A stretch of 24,000 nt of DNA from Bacteroidales bacterium (lineage in GTDB: Bacteria; Bacteroidota; Bacteroidia; Bacteroidales; JAADJA01): positions 4,718 through 28,717 of the forward strand of contig JAOZLR010000001.1 in assembly GCA_029934735.1 (NCBI GenBank), given 5' to 3'. Within the stretch, counting starts at the first letter, position 1. Each line of letters begins with the position of its first letter. The notes beneath the pieces were generated by a model that saw only the letters and a program-made list of their open reading frames with translations, was not told the DNA's origin and did not search any database. The position numbers and the translations under genes were made by a program. This document shows, piece after piece, positions 1-7,485 of the stretch.

Positions 1-1334
1 ATACTGCTTACAATATATTTATTGTGCAATTGAAAAACGGTGTCAGTGCCCGTTTCTGCTTCCACTCCCTGAGATGTAAAAATGAGTTTTGCATCATCTT
101 CCTGAGGCAATTCAGTCTCCTGCCTGTTTTGTGTGAATTCTTCATCGCCATATAGCTTTTGCCAGTTGCGTGTATCAGGTTTTTGGTGGTGCTGAAACGA
201 TGGTTTTTCTCCATGCTGAGTTTCAACATCAAAGGGATTGTAATTTTCGTCAACCTTAACTGTTGGCTGATTTACCTCTACGCTCCTTGGAAGAGGTGTT
301 ATATCAATACCTTTCTCTATGTCAAAGTCAATGGAAGGGGTAAGGTTAAATTTACCAAGTGCCTGTTTGACAGCTGAGCTCAGCATTGCATATATCACCT
401 GATTATTCTCAAAATTAACCTCCGTTTTAGTCGGATGGATATTTATGTCAATCTCGTTGGGATTTATATCAAAATAGATGAAGTAGCTGGGAAATGTATC
501 CGATGGGATAAGCTCTCTAAAAGCGTTGTCAATAGCATGATTGAGGTATGGATGTCTTATATATCTGCCATTCACAAAGAAATACTGCTCGCCTCTTGTC
601 TTTTTTGCAAACTCCGGTTTCACGATGAATCCTGTAATGTTAACCAGATCGGTTTTTTGCACAACAGGAATTAGCCTGTTATTATAAGCAGCACCAAAAA
701 GTGATGCAATCCTTTGCTTTAAAACCGACTTTGATAATTGAAAAAGCTCTCTGTTCTCATTAAAAAAAGTAAATTTTATCTCGGGATAGACAAGTGCCAC
801 CCTTTGAAACTCTTCTATAATATGTCTTAGCTCGGTTGTATTACTTTTTAGGAATTTTCGTCGTGCCGGAATGTTAAAAAAGAGGTTTTTTATTGAAAAG
901 GATGTTCCGTTTGCAGCAGAGCATGGTTCGTGGCTTTTAACTTCCGAACCTTCAATTTTAATGCAGATTCCCACTTCATCCTCAATTCTCTTAGTCTTAA
1001 GCTCTATTTGTGCGATAGCCGCAATTGAGGCAAGTGCTTCCCCGCGAAACCCTAATGTTCTGATAGTAAACAGGTCTTTGGCATCGCTGATCTTTGATGT
1101 GGCGTGCCGCTCAAAGCTCATTCTTGCATCAGTCTCCGACATTCCACACCCGTTGTCAATAACCTGAATAAGTGTCTTGCCAGCATCCTTAATTATAAGT
1201 TTAATATCATCGGCACCTGCATCAATGGCATTTTCGAGTAACTCCTTAGCGGCCGATGCAGGCCTTTGAATTACTTCTCCGGCAGCAATCTGGTTAGCAA
1301 CAGAATCAGGTAAGAGGTGTATTATATCTGACAT
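1..1334 (-). CDS. mutL: DNA mismatch repair protein MutL (first 444 codons; the 3' end lies beyond the left edge of the window)
   Basis: Absent from the ORF track because no stop codon falls inside the window. Manual minus-strand translation from the ATG at 1334-1332 gives MSDIIHLLPDSVANQIAAGEVIQRPASAAKELLENAIDAGADDIKLII..DNGCGMSETDARMSFERHATSKI..LGFRGEALASIA. These are GHKL ATPase motifs typical of MutL. The frame stays open to position 3. Confidence 0.93.
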   Translation of the reverse strand, partial: MSDIIHLLPDSVANQIAAGEVIQRPASAAKELLENAIDAGADDIKLIIKDAGKTLIQVIDNGCGMSETDARMSFERHATSKISDAKDLFTIRTLGFRGEALASIAAIAQIELKTKRIEDEVGICIKIEGSEVKSHEPCSAANGTSFSIKNLFFNIPARRKFLKSNTTELRHIIEEFQRVALVYPEIKFTFFNENRELFQLSKSVLKQRIASLFGAAYNNRLIPVVQKTDLVNITGFIVKPEFAKKTRGEQYFFVNGRYIRHPYLNHAIDNAFRELIPSDTFPSYFIYFDINPNEIDINIHPTKTEVNFENNQVIYAMLSSAVKQALGKFNLTPSIDFDIEKGIDITPLPRSVEVNQPTVKVDENYNPFDVETQHGEKPSFQHHQKPDTRNWQKLYGDEEFTQNRQETELPQEDDAKLIFTSQGVEAETGTDTVFQLHNKYIVSS

Positions 1335-1392
1335 TAATTATAATCGATGTTAAAAATTCGCAATCTATTATTGCCTGTACAAAATCCCAGGC

Positions 1393-1662
1393 TTACTTAA
1401 AAAAGAAATAGTAAAGAAATGCAATGACAATGGCGATATATATTACAACACTGACATTTGCTTTCCTCTGTCGTACAGAAGAGCCTTTTCGCACTCGCTT
1501 CCAGTCTTTTCCAACACGGCTTTTAAAATCAGGCTTTTCCCCATCCTTCGAAATACCAAGCTCTCTTTTTCTTTGTTCCCAATACTCCTTCTCCTCATCG
1601 TAATAACGAGTTTGGAAATTAAACCTCTTGGGTTTAGGAGTTTTGAAAAAGACAATTCTCAT
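1393..1662 (-). CDS. Hypothetical small basic protein with a C-terminal transmembrane anchor
   Basis: 89-aa ORF directly upstream of mutL on the same strand. It is Lys/Arg-rich and ends in the hydrophobic tail VSVVIYIAIVIAFLYYFFF. A TAccTTTG box lies on the minus strand at 1679-1686. I recognise no family. Confidence 0.5.
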   Translation of the reverse strand: MRIVFFKTPKPKRFNFQTRYYDEEKEYWEQRKRELGISKDGEKPDFKSRVGKDWKRVRKGSSVRQRKANVSVVIYIAIVIAFLYYFFFK

Positions 1663-1709
1663 TTCAATTTATTTTTTGCAAAGGTATGGAATTTGATAGA
1701 AGAAATCGC

Positions 1710-1717
1710 TATTTTTG
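1710..1717 (+). promoter_or_regulatory. Candidate Bacteroidota -7 promoter box (TATTTTTG) for the GroES-like gene
   Basis: Matches TAnnTTTG, 22 nt upstream of the ATG at 1740. It lies inside the longer ORF-track version (start 1686), which argues for the 1740 start. Confidence 0.4.
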
Positions 1718-1739
1718 TGATATTAAAAACGTAGAAGTA

Positions 1740-2123
1740 ATGGATATCTCAAAGGATAATAAACTTAGAAATTTAATTGTTGTTGGCGACAGACTTTTGA
1801 TTAAGCCTGTTTCGCATACTTCAAAGACTAAAAGCGGACTGTATCTGCCACCGGGATATAAGGAGAAAGAGGAGGTGCAGTCAGGATATGTTATAAAAGC
1901 AGGGCCGGGATTTCCAATACCATTGCCAGGTAGCGATGTTGAGGAGCCCTGGAAAAAGCCGGATGAAAACATTAAATATATTCCCTTACAAGCGAAGGAA
2001 GGCGATCTGGCAATTTTTTTACAAAAAGGTGCTGTTGAGATAATGTATGAAGGTGAGAAGTATTTTATTGTCCCTCAACATTCTGTGCTTTTGTTGGAAA
2101 GGGATGAGGATTTGTTTGGATAG
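1740..2123 (+). CDS. GroES/Cpn10-family co-chaperone-like protein
   Basis: LIVVGDRLLIKPVSHTSKTKSGLYLPPG...SGYVIKAGPG...EGDLAIF matches the Cpn10 beta-barrel pattern (mobile-loop region followed by a GxG turn). Start moved from 1686 to the ATG at 1740 because of the promoter box at 1710-1717. Confidence 0.7.
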   Translation: MDISKDNKLRNLIVVGDRLLIKPVSHTSKTKSGLYLPPGYKEKEEVQSGYVIKAGPGFPIPLPGSDVEEPWKKPDENIKYIPLQAKEGDLAIFLQKGAVEIMYEGEKYFIVPQHSVLLLERDEDLFG

Positions 2124-2193
2124 TTTGCAGGATATGTGACAGAAGAAATAACAAAAAAAAAGAAATGTTGGAATGTTGCCCTATTGGAACCAT

Positions 2194-2240
2194 CTGGCGC
2201 AAGTCTTATATGCTGGCCTTGTGGGTTGTTGACTTGTGGC
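2194..2240. repeat. REP-like imperfect hairpin, left flank of the RAYT gene
   Basis: Arms GGCGCAAGTC (2197-2205) and GACTTGTGGC (2231-2240) are near reverse complements, separated by about 25 nt. Confidence 0.6.
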
Positions 2241-2246
2241 ATTACT

Positions 2247-2798
2247 TTATTCAATAATCTCAATCTCAATTAACCCCTTTATCCCTACATAATCCCTTGC
2301 ACTGCTATAGACATAATCTTCTGGTTTTTCAACAAAGCCTGATTTTACAGGGTTGTTGTGTATATAATTTAATTTTTGTTCAATCATTTCATTATTGTAT
2401 AATTCTATCGGATGATTGTCCTGTTGCCAAAATTGATTTGATGTATTATTGGCGTTTTGTTTACCTTCCTCAGCAAAAGCCTGTAATAGCCACTTTTTTC
2501 TGCTTTCTGTGGGGTTGTTTTTAATCGCTTTGATAATTTCAACTGAGGTGAACTTTTTCAAATCCCTCATGATGTTTTCAAGATAATAACCTTCGGATGC
2601 AGATACAATCATATGTACATGGTTTGTCATTATAACATATGCTTGTGTCCGTAAACCTTTCTTGTCTCGACAATAAACAAAACTATCCAACAGTATACCC
2701 CTATACAAATTACGGGTAAAAACATCTATCCACCTAATCACAGTGTATGTTATGAAATACATGCCTTCAGGATTTCTAAATTTATATTTGCGGCTCAT
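2247..2798 (-). CDS. REP-associated tyrosine transposase (RAYT) / IS200-like Y1 HUH transposase
   Basis: 183 aa. HUH motif in TNHVHMIV; C-terminal catalytic-Tyr region LNYIHNNPVKSGFV. Size and motifs are typical of the Y1_Tnp family (PF01797). Confidence 0.88.
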   Translation of the reverse strand: MSRKYKFRNPEGMYFITYTVIRWIDVFTRNLYRGILLDSFVYCRDKKGLRTQAYVIMTNHVHMIVSASEGYYLENIMRDLKKFTSVEIIKAIKNNPTESRKKWLLQAFAEEGKQNANNTSNQFWQQDNHPIELYNNEMIEQKLNYIHNNPVKSGFVEKPEDYVYSSARDYVGIKGLIEIEIIE

Positions 2799-2802
2799 CG
2801 TA

Positions 2803-2810
2803 CAAAGATA
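2803..2810 (-). promoter_or_regulatory. Candidate -7 box (TATCTTTG on the minus strand) for the RAYT gene
   Basis: Only 4 nt separate the G of the box from the ATG at 2798. This implies a leaderless or nearly leaderless transcript. Confidence 0.35.
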
Positions 2811-2840
2811 TAAAGTATAGCTAAAATTTGTCGGTTAAAT

Positions 2841-2902
2841 TAAACCCAGGCACAAGTCCCTGCCTGCAATGCTATCCGCCAGACTTGCGCCAGTTGGGTT
2901 TA
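2841..2902. repeat. REP-like imperfect hairpin, right flank of the RAYT gene (inverted relative to the left copy)
   Basis: TAAACCCAGGCACAAGTC (2841-2858) pairs imperfectly with GACTTGCGCCAGTTGGGTTTA (2882-2902). The outer arm overlaps the stop codon of the ABC ATPase gene (2900-2902). Confidence 0.6.
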
Positions 2903-3574
2903 AACGTACCTCTCAGGAAGATACCCTCTCTCCTTTAATTCCGATGGCTCATTTATTTCTATGCAGTTTTGATCGGTCAGGAGAATTAATCTGTTGCAAA
3001 GTTTCAGTATATTACGATAGTCATGATCAGCTATCATAAAGCATTTTTCATCTTTTTTACTTTCAATGAGCTGGATAATTCGCTCTTTTAGCAACGGTTC
3101 TATCCCTGAGAATGGTTCGTCAAGAAGGATAATTCCGGCGGGATGGTTTACAATAAGCAGTATCTCGAAATAACGCGACTCCCCTGAAGATAGTTCCATT
3201 GGCTTTTTTGTGAGATACTTATTGATTAAAGTGTCCTGCCTAATCTCCTCTTTTATCCTCTGATCTTTGATAAACAGGTCAATGATCTTATTTAATGAAA
3301 TATTTGCAGGCAGGAAGCTGTTCTCTGGAAGATATGCAACGAGGTTTCCTTTTTGAAATGGTTTGTCAATAATTTCGTTGTTAATTCGCAGATGCTTGAA
3401 TTGAGGTGTAACTGTCCCGAAAATAATTTTCAACAATGTACTTTTTCCACTTCCGTTTCTTCCGAGTACACCTGTAATATCTCCAATCTTACAATTAAAA
3501 TACACATTCGACAGGATTCTCCGGTTGCCGTATGAGTGTGTCAGACTATCTATTTCGAGTGCACTATATGGCAT
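2900..3574 (-). CDS. ABC transporter ATP-binding protein
   Basis: Walker A GRNGSGKSTLL, signature-like LSSGESR, Walker B IILLDEPFSGIEP, H-loop region ADHD. 224 aa. Confidence 0.88.
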   Translation of the reverse strand: MPYSALEIDSLTHSYGNRRILSNVYFNCKIGDITGVLGRNGSGKSTLLKIIFGTVTPQFKHLRINNEIIDKPFQKGNLVAYLPENSFLPANISLNKIIDLFIKDQRIKEEIRQDTLINKYLTKKPMELSSGESRYFEILLIVNHPAGIILLDEPFSGIEPLLKERIIQLIESKKDEKCFMIADHDYRNILKLCNRLILLTDQNCIEINEPSELKERGYLPERYV

Positions 3575-3887
3575 TGATAATGATTATTAGAATATAAACA
3601 GCAAGTACAACAGGCAAATTGAACAACCAGGCAGCACTAATAAGCTGGATTTTAGTCAGACCGAGGTTATAGTAAAAATAGAAACGTTTGCGATATTTTA
3701 AAAAGTAAAAATAGATTGCAAATAAAAAACCGCCTGTAAACAAAGAAAAAGAAAAGACCGAGAAAAAACCTGTAAGAGAGCCAGTTGGTGAATTGCCTGC
3801 AAATAATCCAAAAAAACCAATAGTAACTGAAATTATCAGGTTAAATCTGAATATCTCTTTTGAAAAGTTAAGTGCAGGCCTAAACAT
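3564..3887 (-). CDS. Small polytopic membrane protein, translationally coupled to the ABC ATPase
   Basis: 107 aa with 3-4 hydrophobic segments. It overlaps the downstream ATPase start by 11 nt (3564-3574). I recognise no family. Confidence 0.6.
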   Translation of the reverse strand: MFRPALNFSKEIFRFNLIISVTIGFFGLFAGNSPTGSLTGFFSVFSFSLFTGGFLFAIYFYFLKYRKRFYFYYNLGLTKIQLISAAWLFNLPVVLAVYILIIIINAI

Positions 3888-3919
3888 TATATCTTATAAA
3901 TATGGTAAATGGCCATATT

Positions 3920-4453
3920 CTATTTTGTCGGAATTTTTGCAAGAACAGGAAATCTTTGCTGCGCAAGATAGAAAGCTCCAAAGAACAGGGTATTATAAAA
4001 AAGATCACCGAGAACACCATTATTCAGGAATGGCAATCCTGCTGTGTAACTCTCAAGTAGTCCTGCAAAATTCTGAGGATAAAACGGACTTCCAATCCAC
4101 ACTGCAAAGTTTGTAATTACAAAGAACAGAACTGATGAACTTACAGAAGCAAGCAGCAGTGACCCAATCTTAACCCGGTTTTTTAACATCATCCCGAATA
4201 CTACAATAATTGCAAAGCTAAGGTAAACAGCTATCATATATGAATGGAAACCAAGGAGCATATCCGAAATAAACAGGGCTGCCATTGGTATTAAGAAAGC
4301 CAGATATTTCTTGTTAAAATAAGTACCTCCAAAAAGGGCCATTGCAGCTATAGGAGTGAAATTAGGCCAGTGGGGGATAAGCCTGAAAGCAGCACCAGCA
4401 ATAATGACTGTAAGAATAAATAAGAATCTGGGGTTTAATGTCTTGTTGTTCAT
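3920..4453 (-). CDS. Polytopic membrane protein, DUF6580-like (putative transport protein)
   Basis: 177 aa. The N-terminal RLIPHWPNFTPIAAMALFGGTYF motif is as I recall it for the DUF6580 family. About 5 TM segments. Candidate TACTTTTG boxes lie on the minus strand at 4482-4489 and 4520-4527. Confidence 0.65.
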   Translation of the reverse strand: MNNKTLNPRFLFILTVIIAGAAFRLIPHWPNFTPIAAMALFGGTYFNKKYLAFLIPMAALFISDMLLGFHSYMIAVYLSFAIIVVFGMMLKNRVKIGSLLLASVSSSVLFFVITNFAVWIGSPFYPQNFAGLLESYTAGLPFLNNGVLGDLFYNTLFFGAFYLAQQRFPVLAKIPTK

Positions 4454-4533
4454 AGTTCAAATGTTTTAGATTTTACGATTACAAAAGTAAATAAATCATG
4501 GATATGAATATTAATAAAACAAAAGTAATTCAA

Positions 4534-5745
4534 TCAATTATCTACAAAGTTCTCATCTCCATATATTGCGAGACCGCCAAGAGCTGTTTCCCTATATAAA
4601 CTCGGGATATCTTTTCCAGTTTCTTTCATTACTTTTGTAACAACATCAAAGCTTATAAAGTGCTTGCCATCAGACAGAATAGAGAACCGTGCTGAATCGA
4701 ATGCTCTTACAGCACCATGTGCATTTCTTTCGATGCAGGGTATCTGGACCAATCCGTTTATTGGGTCGCAGGTTAAGCCGAGATGATGTTCTAACCCCAT
4801 TTCAGCAGCATATTCTATTTGAGAGGGAGAGCCACCGGCCAACTGTGTTGCTGCAGCTGCTGCCATAGCGCAAGCTGTACCAACTTCTCCCTGGCATCCA
4901 ACTTCGGCACCTGAAATTGAAGCATTTTGTTTTACAATATTCCCGATTAACCCTGCGGTTGCCATCGCCCTGATAATTTTATCATCACTAATCTCAAAAT
5001 GCTCCTGGCTTATTTTTAATACAGCAGGTAATATTCCCGACGAACCACAAGTAGGAGCAGTAACTACTTCTCCTCCTGAGGCATTCTCTTCGGATACAGC
5101 AAGTGCGTATGCAAAGATTTTACTGATAGTCCTGGAGTGATCACGCAAACCCTTTGATTTTGAATAATAGGAGGCTGCTTTCCTTTGTAGTTTTAATCCC
5201 CCGGGAATAAGTCCTTCGTTTGTAATTCCATTGGATATAGCCTTCTTCATTACTTCCCAAACTTTATGGAGGTAATCTTTTATTTCATCCCCTTCGGTTT
5301 CAAATACAAGTTCCCAAAATGTTTTACCAGTCTCTTTGTAATAGTTTAAAACATCCTGCATGTTTTTTTGGCTATAAATGTTTGTTGGTTTTGAGTTTTT
5401 GTTTTTATCGTCAACAATTTTTCCGCCTCCAACACTATACACCAACCATTTGTCGGGTTCACTGTTTTTGTCTGCTACTTCAAATTCTAAGGCGTTTGGA
5501 TGAAAATCCTTAGCTTCATCCTTTTTCCAGATAATTTCAACATTTGCAGGTTCTAATTCATTTATTATTGCAATATCAGTCAGATGTCCTTTTCCTGTTA
5601 ATGCTAAGCTGCCATATAAAGTAACTTTAAACGATTTTGCTTTCGGATGTTTGCTTTTATATTGTTGGGCAGCTCTGTCCGGACCCATTGTGTGACTACT
5701 TGAAGGGCCTCTTCCAATTCGAAATAATTCTTTTATTGATTCCAT
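4534..5745 (-). CDS. sdaA: L-serine ammonia-lyase (iron-sulfur-dependent L-serine dehydratase, single-chain form)
   Basis: N-terminus MESIKELFRIGRGPSSSHTMGP is diagnostic. Cys-containing segments TAPTCGSSG, GCQGEVGTACAMAA and LTCDPINGLVQIPCIERN match the Fe-S serine dehydratase family. Confidence 0.93.
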   Translation of the reverse strand: MESIKELFRIGRGPSSSHTMGPDRAAQQYKSKHPKAKSFKVTLYGSLALTGKGHLTDIAIINELEPANVEIIWKKDEAKDFHPNALEFEVADKNSEPDKWLVYSVGGGKIVDDKNKNSKPTNIYSQKNMQDVLNYYKETGKTFWELVFETEGDEIKDYLHKVWEVMKKAISNGITNEGLIPGGLKLQRKAASYYSKSKGLRDHSRTISKIFAYALAVSEENASGGEVVTAPTCGSSGILPAVLKISQEHFEISDDKIIRAMATAGLIGNIVKQNASISGAEVGCQGEVGTACAMAAAAATQLAGGSPSQIEYAAEMGLEHHLGLTCDPINGLVQIPCIERNAHGAVRAFDSARFSILSDGKHFISFDVVTKVMKETGKDIPSLYRETALGGLAIYGDENFVDN

Positions 5746-5758
5746 TTTCTATAACTTA

Positions 5759-6847
5759 TTATTTTAGTTTCGGGTGTATTTTTATTATATCCTGTATCAA
5801 ATATTCTATTGGCTCTCTTCTGTTTTTCGAAATTTTTCTATTGTCTGCATTGATTATAATAACCATATCCAGCTCAGGAATAATGTTTATTATCTGTCCA
5901 CCATTTCCAGGAATAAACCAAGCATTAAATCCATACTCTGTTTTTACCATCTGCCACTGGTAACAACTATAAAAAGGATGGTGAATTTCAATATATGGGC
6001 TAAATATTTCTTCTATCCATTTTTCTGATACAATTTCATTTTCGTTCCATTTTCCCTTATTCAAATGTAAAAGTCCATATTTGGCAATGTCTCTTGATTT
6101 TAGTTTTAATCCGCCACCACTATCATAAACTCCATTTTTTTCAAACCAGTCATATTCTTTTATGCCAAGAGGTTTAAAAAGATATTCTTCTGCAAATTCT
6201 GCAATATTTTTACCAGTTGTCTTTTTTATAATTTCGCTTAAAATAATATTGTTAGGTCCACTATACACATATTTTGTTCCGGGAGCTGTATCCATAGGTA
6301 GCATTATTGCTGATTTTAACCAGTCATTTGTTAAATCCATTTGTCTGCCCATATTATTTGGGTCAGTAAGAGGTAAAGATTGCTCATCCCATTGAAAACC
6401 CGAGGTCATCGTCAACAAATCTTTAATGGTTATTTTATTTTTCAGTGTGTCTTTTTTTAGATTTTTATATTCAGGGAAGAAATCTAACATTTTTTGGTCA
6501 ACGCTTTTAATATACCCTTGTTCTATTGCAACACCAATCAATAAGGAATTAAAACTTTTTGTATTAGATGCCAAAAAATGCAGTCTGTCCTTTTTCCATC
6601 CATTGTAATATTGCTCTATCACCAAGTCGTTATTTTCAATCACCAGTAAACTATGTATATTTCCATATTTGCCATTACAAATGTCTTTATTTAATTTGCT
6701 GAATCTGACTGTATCCAACTTGTTCTCTTCAAGTGTAGAAACATTCAGTCCATCATTAATATCATTTGGTTTCTGATAGGAACAATTATCTTTTGTATTG
6801 CAACCTACTAAACCTAAAATAATCAAAATGCTTATAATATTTTTCAT
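5759..6847 (-). CDS. Serine hydrolase / beta-lactamase-family lipoprotein
   Basis: SxxK motif in LASNTKSF. The ORF-track start (6943) overlaps the upstream gene. The internal Met at 6847 gives a lipoprotein signal peptide, MKNIISILIILGLVGC, and sits 1 nt after the upstream stop codon. Confidence 0.85.
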   Translation of the reverse strand: MKNIISILIILGLVGCNTKDNCSYQKPNDINDGLNVSTLEENKLDTVRFSKLNKDICNGKYGNIHSLLVIENNDLVIEQYYNGWKKDRLHFLASNTKSFNSLLIGVAIEQGYIKSVDQKMLDFFPEYKNLKKDTLKNKITIKDLLTMTSGFQWDEQSLPLTDPNNMGRQMDLTNDWLKSAIMLPMDTAPGTKYVYSGPNNIILSEIIKKTTGKNIAEFAEEYLFKPLGIKEYDWFEKNGVYDSGGGLKLKSRDIAKYGLLHLNKGKWNENEIVSEKWIEEIFSPYIEIHHPFYSCYQWQMVKTEYGFNAWFIPGNGGQIINIIPELDMVIIINADNRKISKNRREPIEYLIQDIIKIHPKLK

Positions 6848-6848
6848 A

Positions 6849-7304
6849 TTACTTGCTGTTATTTTTAACTGATACTTGAAGCGAAGAAGATATTTTTTCT
6901 GCTTTATTGAGGATATAATCTTTTTCTCCTGACATAAGTTCAATATTTCTATCAGGTAAAGTCAAAAAGAGTTTGTAAACGTCATTAGTTTCGGTTCTGC
7001 TTATAGAAAGTACGCTCATATTTTGTGTTTCTCTTGTTTTTACTATTTGAAGATTAATTGTTGACTTTATACTCACCCAGTCTCCTTTCTTAATTGCAAA
7101 AAAACCGATATATCTTTTTAACCTTCTATTGTCAGTATCTATTATTATCCCTGATTTAATAAATAGAAATAGCAGTGATAATACGAAAAATAATATCCCG
7201 TTCCAATCTAAAACTATCATTCTCCAAATACCGATAACGAATAACATTATTCCTAAATAAATGAAATTTTGTGGAAGGGTGCCTGTTTTGTAATTCAATA
7301 TCAT
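6849..7304 (-). CDS. Hypothetical membrane protein (two N-terminal TM helices plus a soluble domain)
   Basis: 151-aa ORF whose stop abuts the start of the hydrolase gene. A candidate TATTTTTG box lies on the minus strand at 7376-7383. Confidence 0.6.
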   Translation of the reverse strand: MILNYKTGTLPQNFIYLGIMLFVIGIWRMIVLDWNGILFFVLSLLFLFIKSGIIIDTDNRRLKRYIGFFAIKKGDWVSIKSTINLQIVKTRETQNMSVLSISRTETNDVYKLFLTLPDRNIELMSGEKDYILNKAEKISSSLQVSVKNNSK

Positions 7305-7450
7305 TATTCAAAAAATTTTTAAACCAGATTATCTTTTCCAGTTCTTTTTTTATTCACCGTATTATAATTATTGAACAAAAATAAGACTTTTTAAATGATA
7401 ATATGCGAATTTGATAAGCAAATACTATTTAGTACAAATAGTTATTATGT

Positions 7451-7458
7451 TACTTTTG
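7451..7458 (+). promoter_or_regulatory. Candidate -7 box (TACTTTTG) for the MATE transporter gene
   Basis: TAnnTTTG match 27 nt upstream of the ATG at 7486. Confidence 0.4.
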
Positions 7459-7485
7459 CAAGACTTTAGAATTACGGAATTTTAG

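Larger units (their letters stand above)
2194..2902 (-). mobile_element. REP-RAYT-REP unit: a Y1 (HUH) transposase gene bracketed by inverted copies of an imperfect hairpin repeat
   Basis: CTGGCGCAAGTCT at 2194-2206 is the exact reverse complement of AGACTTGCGCCAG at 2881-2893. The partner arms are GACTTGTGGC (2231-2240) and GCACAAGTC (2850-2858). The RAYT-like ORF lies between the two hairpins. Confidence 0.6.

Noticed and set aside
1443-1655. 70-aa alternative-frame ORF overlapping the 1393-1662 ORF
   Set aside because: It lies on the same strand, nested in another frame. The 89-aa frame has the better start context (a promoter box at 1679-1686) and a coherent TM tail.
4454-4533. Possible riboswitch (for example cobalamin) upstream of the DUF6580-like membrane protein
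   Set aside because: Only 80 nt are available, and two promoter-like boxes occupy most of that space. I see no B12-box-like or other conserved riboswitch core.
6848-6943. Long form of the serine hydrolase ORF (start at 6943)
   Set aside because: It would overlap the upstream gene by 95 nt. The internal Met at 6847 gives a textbook lipoprotein signal peptide and abuts the upstream stop codon.
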